DNA of 64,000 bases, from positions 14,290 to 78,289 of the forward strand of contig DF237383.1 in NCBI GenBank assembly GCA_000708835.1, given 5' to 3'. The position numbers were made by a program, and so were the translations under genes. The notes beneath the pieces were generated by a model. That model did no database searches. It had not been told where the DNA came from and saw only the letters and a list, made by a program, of their open reading frames with translations. Each line of letters starts with the position of its first letter. Position 1 is the first letter of the stretch. The DNA is from Klebsormidium nitens (Eukaryota > Plantae > Klebsormidiophyceae). Below, piece after piece: positions 35,040-45,660 of this stretch.

Positions 35040-36747
35040 GCGAGGCAGGTTGTAGAGTTTAGTTGCGTCTTATTTTCTTTGGAACTAGAAGTCAAGGACG
35101 GGGGAGAGATATGGCACATGTTTTCTTTTGACCAAAGCTACAAGCGGAGCTTGCAATCAGCCTAGCGTTTGTTTCTAGGTGTCTCGATTAGTTGGCATGC
35201 ATGTAAGGCGCAGGGGTAAGTGGGTGCTTGGTTGAGCATCAACCAGTAGCATTCTCAAGCATACCGTTGATTTAGTTGAGCCTCGGGGGATCTGCATGCG
35301 ACTTCCAAAACAGCGTGAAAAACTGTGCTTAATAGTTTATCAGCCCGTAGAAGGTAGATGGGCTAAAGAAACGGGAATGTTTGGGTCGTAAAGTTGGAAG
35401 CTGGTCAAGCAGGTTGTTCGTTGACAGTTCCAAAGCTGCTGCTTTTCACCACGTTGTGGTCCTTCAAAAATCAAAAATCAACGTGCAAGATTAGAACTTC
35501 GTACGGTGTCTGGTTTGGAGAGGTACGATGGTACGCATGAAGTCCGATGCGTTAGAGGGGGCCGAACTCAGGGTATGTGTCGAGTCAACAAAGTGACAGC
35601 CATGATCTTTGGCCTCTTTGACAAAAACGTCAATGTTATGCTCGAATTGAAAGTGGACGGTCTGGTAAGGTCGCCCATGAGCCGCCGCGTGGCTCGGTTA
35701 AATCTTTTACTGCCTCCCCTGCAGCCATTGATATAAAACCAATCACGATGGCAGTGACTACAGTAGTATCTTTTCAAAACATGGTAGAAGTGCGGCCATA
35801 CAGCTGGCGGCTTCTCATGGTACTGTGTTTATTTTTCAGTGTCCATGTTTGCCGTTAATGGCAGTGTGACTCTGGTCTTCGGAGCGTTACCAAGATTATT
35901 AATAATGCATCAAGAACATGCATCTCTGATAGATGAAGCCGGCGTGGCCGTGTTGTTAAGAGTTGTGTGAGTGCGCACTCACACAACGTTGAATGTCATT
36001 GTCCTCATGATCCCGGCGGGCAAACAAATCACGGTGTCATGACGGTTGACTCGGTGACGCGTGCATTGGTGCGGACTCTCAACGTCTAAGCCAGCTAGAG
36101 GTAAGCCAGACAGCGGCCCCCACATAGTCGAGGTTGCCTTCCGTTGTCGCCAGCGGGTGACAAAGAAGCATATACTACACTTTCAACAACTTCGAGGGGA
36201 CGTCCGGGGCCTATGGAGTAGGAAAACTTTCAGTCGGACTCGATCGATCAGGCTACTCTCAGGCTACTCAGCCTTGAAGAAGTCTACAGCACGTTCCTGC
36301 TTAACTCCTAACATGTATACCGTAGCTGACAACCTGAATCATAAAAGTGGCTCGCTGGCGTTGCAGCCACGTTTCGAACCCGCGACATTCCGCGAATCAG
36401 TGCTGACCGAAGGTTTGCAAGTTCCTGGAACCCTAACTTTCTGAACCCTAAAGGTTTTCAAGTCAAGCTCTGCAAAAGGCTCAGCTCTTGCATGCACATG
36501 AACAAATGAAGTCGAATGCTCAAAATGGGACATGATCATCCTGGATCAGCTAGAAGCTGCTCAGCAGACTTGCTGGCTAGCCTAGAGCTGACAGCCGTCT
36601 TGCAGCGTCTCTATGTTTACTGAGCGGGTGGAGGATCATGACCTGAGCTAGGAAGGGTGCATTAGTCCGCTTGTGCGATGAAAGAACGTGTCAGTCTGAC
36701 ATCCTGAGCCTTTAAGCTCCAGCCAGCTCAGATTGGCCAGGAACAAT

Positions 36748-39435
36748 ATGTCGGCTGTTGTTGGTGCTTTGGCACCCGCCGGTGGTGCGAAAGCTGGTTC
36801 TTTGGGTCCGGGGCAAACGGCGGACAATCTCCAAGCTACAGCAGAAACGTATCTGGTGAGCTGCGAACTCAATAACCTTCTGATGTAGAATCTCCAGGAA
36901 CATTGATGAGGGATTCTTTTCAAGTGGTCAAATTGGTGCCTGTGCATTTTGGAATGATGCGACTCAACTTACAAGGTTCAAGATAAAGAGTTGTATGTTG
37001 CCTCCTTTTGAGCCCAAGGATTGGATTGAGCTCACAATCATCCAGGTCGTGGACCTGCTCCGTTTTTCGGCGCCGTTGAGGTTCCAGTGCATCTTTCACC
37101 TCCAATCTGAACCATGGACCCAATGCGAGCTGAAGCTGCTTCAGATGTTTGACCTAAGTAGCAAACCCCTTTCATCACCACTCAAGGTGGCCAGGTCAGT
37201 CTGTGCATGCCAAACTAGCGACACAATTGTCTGGTCCATGCTGGGTTCATCAGGTAACCTCAAACGAGTTTACTATCATCCAAACTTGAGCGACAGGCCC
37301 ATATTGTTGTGGAGAGCCTGTGATCTGCTGACACTATCAGAGCGGCAAGCTCTCCGATCCTCGTTCCTTCCACAGAGACTGCTTCATAAACATATTAACC
37401 TCGTGAAGTGTGCTCAGGCACACATACTGTTGTGACATGTTCTATTTAAAAAACATCTATTGACCGATTTTGTCCGCCCAGGCAAAGTTCCTATAGGAGA
37501 AGGGAGACCTAGGTCGAAGCCAACTCGCAGACTGACCCCTCGTTTTGCAAACCATTTCTGGTGACATTAGTACTTGAGCTGCCTCTTCCTTCACAAAGAA
37601 CTTGCATTCGTCGCTTGTGCCCAGACCGAGTACCGCGTCAACGACTTGCTGACGTGGCTGCTGCGGGAGCTGCTCGTTCACCAGCCTGCAGAGCCCATCC
37701 AGTTCATGGTGGACTTGATGACTTTCCCCGGGGATCCCTCCAGAGCCACCCAGGTCGGCTGACTCCAAAAACCTCCAATCTCCTAACTTGTGGTCGTGAT
37801 TGGATGGAACAGATCACGCCCGTTTGGCCGGTGTGCTGACTCGAGCGTGTCCATTTCCCTACTTTAGAAAGCCATGATTGTCGTTGACAATGCACATGGA
37901 CTGTTCTCGATGTTGAGTTTGCGCAACGTGGCTTTGATGCCTGGCCAGCAACTTTCGAGGCTGATACAGTCCGTTCGAGGTACTCTCCTTGAAGAAACTT
38001 CGCAGAGCCGTTGATTCGAAGACTTGCTTGAAATGCAATCGTTTTAAGCTAGAATTGACGTTCATATGGCTTTAGGTGTCAGCACAGCTCGTGCAGGTAG
38101 AGCAACATCTCAATCCACCCGCCTTCCTCTATTGTGAGCTCAAAACTTATGTCTGATACAAAAGAGGTCCGAATAGTCAGCGCCCTTTCAACTTTCCGTT
38201 CTCGCATCTAATCTTATACTAGGGTACAATCAAGACAGAAATGGAGACTTGCTACGCTGCAAAGATCGCTCTGTTTCGCGACTGACAGCCCATGCTGATG
38301 TGCATCTGTCGTTTTATTGCAATCACAATCTCGATCTATGCAACTCGACGCCCTAAAAGTCTCTGCGCCGACTTTCGGGTGCCACTCGTAATTGGCCTGG
38401 GTCAAACTTGACCGTCGAACGTCAGGCCAGACAGTCGGAGCCCTGCTGTCGTGCTGCCGTGGCGCTGACGTGGCGTGGACGTGTGCTCTGCAGGACGGCC
38501 GCGGGCTAAGCGAGTACCGGAAGTCGAAGCTGCTGGCGCTCTTTCATCAGATGGACAAGGTGGGGGGCGGCATGCGCAGATGGTCAGACTATCAGATTTC
38601 CAGGAGTACTCTGACGTCATCGGGGTTCTACATGATCTGGCTTCAGCTCTAGCAATCTCGAGCGACGCAGAAAAATCAAGAGCAACTGCAGGACTCCTTA
38701 TCGTAGCCGCACCCGTATCACATCCCTCTCTGGTTGTTGTGCTGAGTTGATCAGTTGGTTGGACATTGAAGTGACATCTGAGGGAAGTTTCGGTCATTCA
38801 ATAACGCGGAAAGGCGTACTGCGAATGGAGAACTGAAAGCTCAAAACTTGTTTCTTAAAACGGCCCCCAAATGTTCGATCTGTGGGACCACTTTCTCCTG
38901 CCATGTTCCACTAACTGCCCGTCTGTTCTGGCGAATTGAACGGCATTCGAGCCTGCGTCGAGGTTCTTCGTGTCTCCAAAAACCTTCACGAAGCGCCCGA
39001 CCAAAGTGTTGGAACACAACGAGCTGTCAGGCATCTTCGCTATGGGCGTTGCTCGCTTGAGTGGGCGTAGAGTTCTTCCTTTCAGAAACAATATAAGGAA
39101 GACTGGCGCGTCATCAACGCTTCGCTAGCTGACACCGTTGACGGCTTCCTGAGAATACCGCTTCCCACGAGGATTCGATTCGGTTCAAGTCGAGCTGAAT
39201 ATTTCTTGCGCAGGACGATTCCGGCTCCGTCGAGTTCAAGGAGATCTACGCGCACTCGTCCAAGTACGGCGGAATGGCCCTCACCCCGGAAGAGCTGAAG
39301 GCGGTCTTCCAAGACTTCGACACGAGCGGGGATAGCAAAGTGACGGTCGACGAGTTCCTCACGTTCTTCAGCCGGACGCTTGTGCAGTGCAGCAACGAAG
39401 AGTTCGATGAGATGATGAAGGAAATGCTCGACTAG
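36748..39435 (+). CDS. Small EF-hand protein with N-terminal RIIa/Dpy-30-type dimerization-docking domain; 4 exons
   Basis: Spliced: ...ATAETYL|TEYRVNDLLTWLLRELLVHQPAEPIQFMVDLM (D/D domain)...|...LFHQMDK|DDSGSVEFKE (EF1)...FQDFDTSGDSKVTVDEF (EF2)...EMLD*. All junctions are GT-AG, phase 0. Confidence 0.8.
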
Positions 39436-40422
39436 TAAGCTAGTTGACGGGTACCTTAAAGATATTCGCGGACAGTGCGTTCACGATCGTGGGTCAAGCA
39501 AACACGATCGAGGTGGTTCAAGCACATGTCGTTTCCCCACTCCAATGCTCGTGCGGGTAATCTTTGGACAGAGATTTGTTTACGTGTTGGGCCGCGGTTC
39601 GCAACAAGCCCGTTGCGGGCCAGGCCGGGCGCTTGCTTGTAGAAGTTTGGGCTCTGCGCAAATCAAATTGAGACCTGAGTACGTGACAAACGATCGCGAG
39701 ACTGTTACGACAGAACTTAGGACCTTTCGACATCATATACATATTATGGCGGCGGTCATCGATTTTGTTACCAGTCTGCCACTGACATGAGAGCTTAATT
39801 GCAAGGCGTCAACTTGTTCAACTGGTGGTTGGGGTTTGATTGCTGATGCAATGCGCTGGCCTGCGAGTACGCTTCAGACGGCCCGCCGGGCAGCTGATTT
39901 ATCGATCGATTCCTGATCATCTCACATGCTTTTGTAGTCTTCTAAGTTCGATCAAATGTGCGCACACGATCGTTGCCCACACTTAAGCCTGTGCACGCAA
40001 ATCTGGCATGTAGCTTGTCGTCATGCCGCTGAGTACATGATCAGGCATTATCGGTGTCATGCCCTGAGGCACGAGTTGCACAACCATGAGTCTCGTACGG
40101 TACAGGCCAAAATGAAATCGTAAGTTCATGTGGTACGTATATTTGTCCTGCATTGTCGCAAAGCGCTGGCACGCCAAGATCGTGACGTCCATAGCATACT
40201 TACGTGACCGTACCGAACTTGAAGGTTGGCTGATACTCGACAAGTAATTATTCGAAGATAACCAACATTGACAGGAGTCTTGCTTATCTACAACTATCCG
40301 CTGAGCAATGATGCGCGTGCTGTGCATAACTACTTGTGCACTTGCCTAAGCTTTATGGTACATGTCTCCGTGATTCTTGCAGAAGCGGATGCGTGCAGGA
40401 TTGTTCTGATCAAGATCCTATC

Positions 40423-42868
40423 TTACAGTCCATACGAGCTCACCAGCCTGCGCTTTTGGTTGTTTCGCTCCTGCATCACCTGACGAATGAGCCCATCGCT
40501 CATGCCTCTACACCCCCTTACGTCCAAATAATACAACTCCCGGCGAGCAATGGCCGTAAGCGAAGCGTCGCTCAGCTTCGTACAGCCCCGCACGCTGATC
40601 CTGCTCAGCTTCGGACACCCCCCCAAAATCGCAGAGACTGCTTGGTCCGTAATCCGGAAGCACCCACCTACGTTAATGTCCGTCAGCTGCGCCGCGTGCG
40701 CAGCCAAAGTCACGATCCCCCTATCAGTAACACTGTCGACGTTGCTCAGATTGAACACGCTCAACCGGGGGCAATTGACGGCGATTGCCGTCACGGAAGC
40801 GTCCGTCAGCAGCTTACACGCGCCCAACCCGAGGTTCTCCAGGTTGACACAGCTCCGCGCGAGTTCGCAAACTCCGCGATCGGTGATCTCCCGGCACCCC
40901 CCCACTTCGAGCGCAACCAGCGCCTTGCACTTCGCCGCAAGAATCTCGAGCCCGTCATCCCGCACGCGCTGACACCCCGACACGTCGAGGCTCCGCAACC
41001 CGCGGCAGTTCATCGCAACCGACGCGAGGGCCCAGTTGGAAAACTGGAAGTTCCCGGCGACGCTCAGCCTCTGCAGGCCCTGGCAGAAGGTCGCCACCTG
41101 TATTACCCCGACCTCCGTCACCTTCAGACAGCCGCTGATGTCAAGTTCCGTCAGCCGGGGGCAGGCCCGCGCGAGCGCGGCGAGAGAGTCGTTGGTGACC
41201 GCGCGAAAGCTCCGGGGCACGAGAAGGGTTCGGAGGTTCGGGCAACCAGCCGCGAGGAGGAGGAGCGTGTCGGTGGTTGGGACGGTCGCGCGGAAGGACT
41301 GCATTTGGCCCGCGCTCTTCTCGACGAGCTTCTTGACGAGGCCCTGGATCTGGCGCGGGCCGGCCTCCCAAAAGATCTCCCTGTTACAGCAAAATAGGTT
41401 AGCCGTTAACCATGGTCATTCAAGCGGTTCGAGCGCGCGAGAACGAGCTGAACCTACTTAGACGGTTTAGCAGCAGATCTAGACCGAAGTGAAGGGACTA
41501 ACGCTTGAAGAGCGTGGCGAGGTCCAATTCTTTGTTAGTGATGGAGGGTCACGGAACAAGCTACCTTAAGGGTTTTGCCGTCAAGACAGAGCATTACGAC
41601 TATCGGAAATGTCCAATCCTGGTGGTGTCCTCTTTTGAAGACCGGCTGACAGGACCAAGCTTTGGGAGACCCGATTTGGGCCGCCTGGTCTGCAACAAAA
41701 CACGAGACAAGCCTTGCATTTCAGAACGGGAAGCACACTTGCGCCAATGGAAAGTCTGTCTTGAATGAGTCGAAAAATCTGGTGATCACATCTCGTCGAA
41801 GCCTCTCCACTAACGCCTGAAGAGATCTATCCTCCCACTTCAACGCCGAGCAGGAAACAGAAGCTTAACCAGGAACAAGAGGAGCTGCCAAAAACTCTTC
41901 ACAACATGACGACGTATGTTCCAAGAATGAATGCAGAGACCATCCTTCTTCAAAGCGCGCCAGGTGCTGCCATAACAACCCGCGTCTTACAAGCCCCTCT
42001 GCTGAAAGTCTGCACAAGCAAAGTTTCCGCTGAAGAAGCGTCTTTCAAGTAGGTAAGCGCACCTAGCTTCAGTACAGAGTGTTAGAACTCCTGAAAGTCT
42101 AGCACGCTTTCCGGAACAGACAAGATGATAGAGCCAGAGTCCCTCTCAACTTCTGAATAGTCAACGTGCATAGCAATGAGAACTCAACTTTTGTGGTCCC
42201 ACAAAAAACAACCTCCGATATCCTCTTTCAGAATGGCAACTTCCAGCCGACATTGAGGACAGACAGTAAGCCCCTACACATACTTTCCACGGCGAGAAGA
42301 GGCCATGCGTGTTTCAAAAGATCCCGCCTGCTCACCTGGCCGCCTCCAATATTCCCTCCCGGAAGCGCACCTCGCCCACCTCCACATGGCTCCAGCACGC
42401 GGGGTCAAACGCGGCGTCCCGCCACTCCTTGCACACCAACGGCACCACCGCCAGACGGAAGTCCACTGGCAAAAGCTCCAGCACGTGCAGGAGCGCTTCA
42501 TAGCGTCTGGAGTCACTCAAGACTGATTGCACTTCTCCCAGCGTTTCGCGGGGATTGTTGGACGGCGGAGGTTGTTCCAAGGTTTGAGAGGGTGGGGGTA
42601 GAATCCTGCTTCTGCTGTGCGAGGGCGCGGAATCTGCTGGCTTTGATTCTAAGCAGTATGCCTGCAGCTCGTCCTGACTGCCGTCGCTGCCTTCGTTTTC
42701 TTCGATGGGTGGGTATGGACTTTTGGATAGGCGCAGGAGAGCCAGGGGGATCGACATCCGGGACGACGTGTTTTGGAAGATGAGCGTGTTCGGCCCGTTC
42801 TGTGGCAGAGGCTCTCGGTGCTCTCCCTGAGACTGCTCTCCCCCCGGAGCTGTTGGTGGCGTCTCCAT
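40423..42868 (-). CDS. F-box/LRR-repeat protein (cysteine-containing LRRs, FBXL type); 2 exons
   Basis: F-box (EALLHVLELLPVDFRLAVVPLVCKEWRDAAFDPACW). Intron 42335-41381. Then repeats of LxxLDISGCxxVTDxGxxxLAxxCxxL type. Start could alternatively be the ATG at 42757. Confidence 0.88.
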
Positions 42869-43632
42869 TCTGTTGTGGATACCTTGTCAATCTCCAGATG
42901 TCCCCAGATTCTAAGAATGGAGTTACACAGGCCTACCACCGACTCACTGGTCTTGCTTTACAAGCGTGTACACTTTGTGAAGACGAACCTCGAAAGCTGA
43001 AACAACGTCCAGCAGATTCTTTCCCAGGATCTGCAGCGGGGAGTGGTGTAAAGTTCAGGGGCCTTTTCAGGCGATTGCGATGTTGATTTGGGGGTCCGCT
43101 GTTGAGGAACAGGAATGCTGACAAGGTTTTTGCAAGAAGGGGCAGAATTTAAACAGTGGTGGCAACATGCTGGCTCTTAAGGATAGCATCATCAAGCAAA
43201 CTCACCAGTTCTGCACAAATCCAAGCAATCTGGCCTTCTTCCATTGTAACACATATCCAAGCTGTCCCATTGCTCTTTGAAGGAAAGATAGAGTCAACAA
43301 GCCTAATGGTAGCTTGGGACCGGTGTCTTCATAAAGAAGAAGAAACATCCACAAAAGTGACTAGATAGCTCACGTGGTCAGCAAAGCTTGCCCAGGTGCT
43401 AACCGAGCACCAAGAAGCATCTCCTGCAACTTTCTCCTTCCAAAGTGGAGCTGCAGCAATCGAAGGTAAGGGCGAACCGGCTCCTCAACTGCATCATTCA
43501 AATATCCAAGGGACCTGAAAAGCCATGTGAGCTCTCCCTTGAAGTTGAAGTTGCAATGGCATCTGCCCTGCTCGCCAACAAGCTCGTAAAAGGAGCTCTT
43601 GAAGGTAGTACCAACAATATTAATAGTAATAC

Positions 43633-43933
43633 TTTTGAGATTAGGGGTAATTAGCCTTGAGTTACGCCCTAATATCCTAGTCGAATCGTGTGCAATGTTG
43701 CATTGGCCGTCGACCGTACGATCGTAAGTTGCTGCGTAAGTAAATGGACTCGAAAGTAGGGCCGTCGATTTGCAAGTTTCCGGAGTACCGCAGCCGGAGT
43801 ACCGTATCCGGAGTACCGTATCCGGAGTACCGTAGCTGAGAAGACTTCGATTCTCACCATGGACTAGTTACTCACTTCTAGTACCTAGTTGTGCTTCCTC
43901 TTGAAAGGCCCTCAAGGCGCGTTTATTTCAACA
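43633..43933 (+). repeat. 5' LTR (301 bp)
   Basis: 6 differences from the 3' LTR (about 98% identical). Begins TT rather than TG, ends CA. Contains four 14-bp CCGGAGTACCGYAK repeats (43780-43835). Confidence 0.95.
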
Positions 43934-44659
43934 GGTTATGGGCCCACGACGCTAGAGAGTGAGGGAGAGAGTAGCAAGCCATTGCTAGCAAAGACAATTC
44001 TAGGTTGGTGAAAGGTATTCCAGTGGGGGCTAAGTAGGAGTGCTTTGAGCACTTTCCCTGTGACGCCTGTGAAAATACCCACAAACCTTTCTCGGCACAA
44101 AGGAGTGCCCAGCCCAAGAAGCGTTGTTTGACTAGCTGTAAAGATGGCTGAAGGACTCAAGGTATCCATTGAGAAGTTGGATGTGGATAACTATACGACG
44201 TGGTCGCAGCAGATGAAGTTTCTGCTGGTCCACAAGAAGCTCTGGAAGGGAGTGGCCGATCCCGCAGGGGATGCGGATAGAACCGAGGAGGCAAAGGCTG
44301 TGATAGGTCTAAACGTGCGGTCCCAGCACCTAGGGACGGTAACCGCTGCGGCGAACGCTAAGGTTGCGTGGGATGCATTGGAGGCGATCTACAAAGGCAA
44401 GAGTGCCACTCGGAAGTTGCAACTCCGGCAAAAGCTAATTACTCTCAAGCAAGGGTCCGGTGAGTCCGTGGCCGCCTACGTTGACAGGGCTAGAGACCTT
44501 GAGAGGGAATTGGTGAGCGCGGGGTCGGATGTGAAGCCGGATGATCTTGCCATGTCCGTGTTGAGCGGGTTGTCTAAGGAGTACGGGACTGTGGTAACGG
44601 TCTTGATGTACTCGGATAAGGTCAGCTCGGTGGACATTATGCTTCCAATGCTGCAGCAG

Positions 44660-44743
44660 CATGAGCATGAGCATGAGCATGAGCATGAGCATGAGCATGA
44701 GCATGAGCATGAGCATGAGCATGAGCATGAGCATGAGCATGAG
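44660..44743 (+). repeat. (CATGAG)14 microsatellite in gag
   Basis: 84 bp of perfect hexamer, read as (His-Glu)14 in the gag frame. Confidence 0.97.
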
Positions 44744-45640
44744 CAAGAAGAACTCCGTTGAGTCGGAGGAGGGCAGCGGAGCCGGAGCCGGGGTGGCATA
44801 TGCCGCTAGAGCCGGTAACGGAGGGGGCAATGGCAAGGGGAGAAAGGCTTCGATGGCTTGCCACAAGTGTGGTGAGTTGGGGCACTTCGAGCGGGAGTGC
44901 AAGAAGGGGGCTCAAAGGGCCTCAAGGGTCAAAGGAGTCCGGAAAGCCAAAGTTCCGGAAAGGCCGCGAGTGCTACGGTTGCGGAAGCACCAACCACATC
45001 CTCAAGGATTGCCCCAAGGGAGGGGGATCGGGGTCCAACCGCGGGGCCGCCTTCATGGCGGGAGACGGAGTAGGGGCCGGGACGGGGAAGTGGGTTCTAG
45101 ACTCGGGGGCCACCCAACACATGAGCGGGGACAAGGGGAAGTTCACAACCCTCAAGATGCTAGAAACCGGGTCGCGAAGAATTCGGATAGCAAACGGTAC
45201 GTATGTGGACGTAGCCGGAGAGGGGACGGTCGAGTTGCGGTGCCTAACGCCAACGGGCGTGAGGGTCAACACTCTTCTTGATGTGTTGTATGTCCTCGGC
45301 GTGGTTGAGAACCTCTTCTCGGTGACGAGGGCTACCGACGCCGGCGTGGTGCTTGGGTTCAAGCGGGGCGTGTGCCAAGGCTTCCTGAACGGTGAGATCA
45401 TCTTCCGTGCGGAGCAAGGGATGGGCTTGTTTGAGGTGTGTGAAGCGGAGCCCGATGTGGACGCGTGCATGCTTGTGAGGCAAGCCAAGACCGCGGAGTT
45501 GTGGCACCGGCGGCTTGGGCACGCCGGGTGTGAGAGTTTGGCTAAGATGGTCGAGGGAGACCTAGTCCGGGGTGTGGGGGTGAAAGCCGAGGCGTTTCGG
45601 GAGAAGAAACCCTTGGTGTGCGAACCTTGCATCATGGGTG

Positions 45641-45660
45641 NNNNNNNNNNNNNNNNNNNN
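45641..45660. other. Assembly gap (20 N)
   Basis: Run of N between two copies of the protease / pre-integrase segment. Confidence 1.

Noticed and set aside
36345-36455. tRNA/SINE-like GGTTCGAAAC on the minus strand and two AACCCTAA telobox-like words
   Set aside because: No pairing T-stem, A-box or cloverleaf. The telobox words lack the full consensus context.
44435-44915. ORFs with (ML)n, (SC)n, (HA)n and (MS)n repeats
   Set aside because: Alternative-frame readings of the (CATGAG)14 microsatellite.
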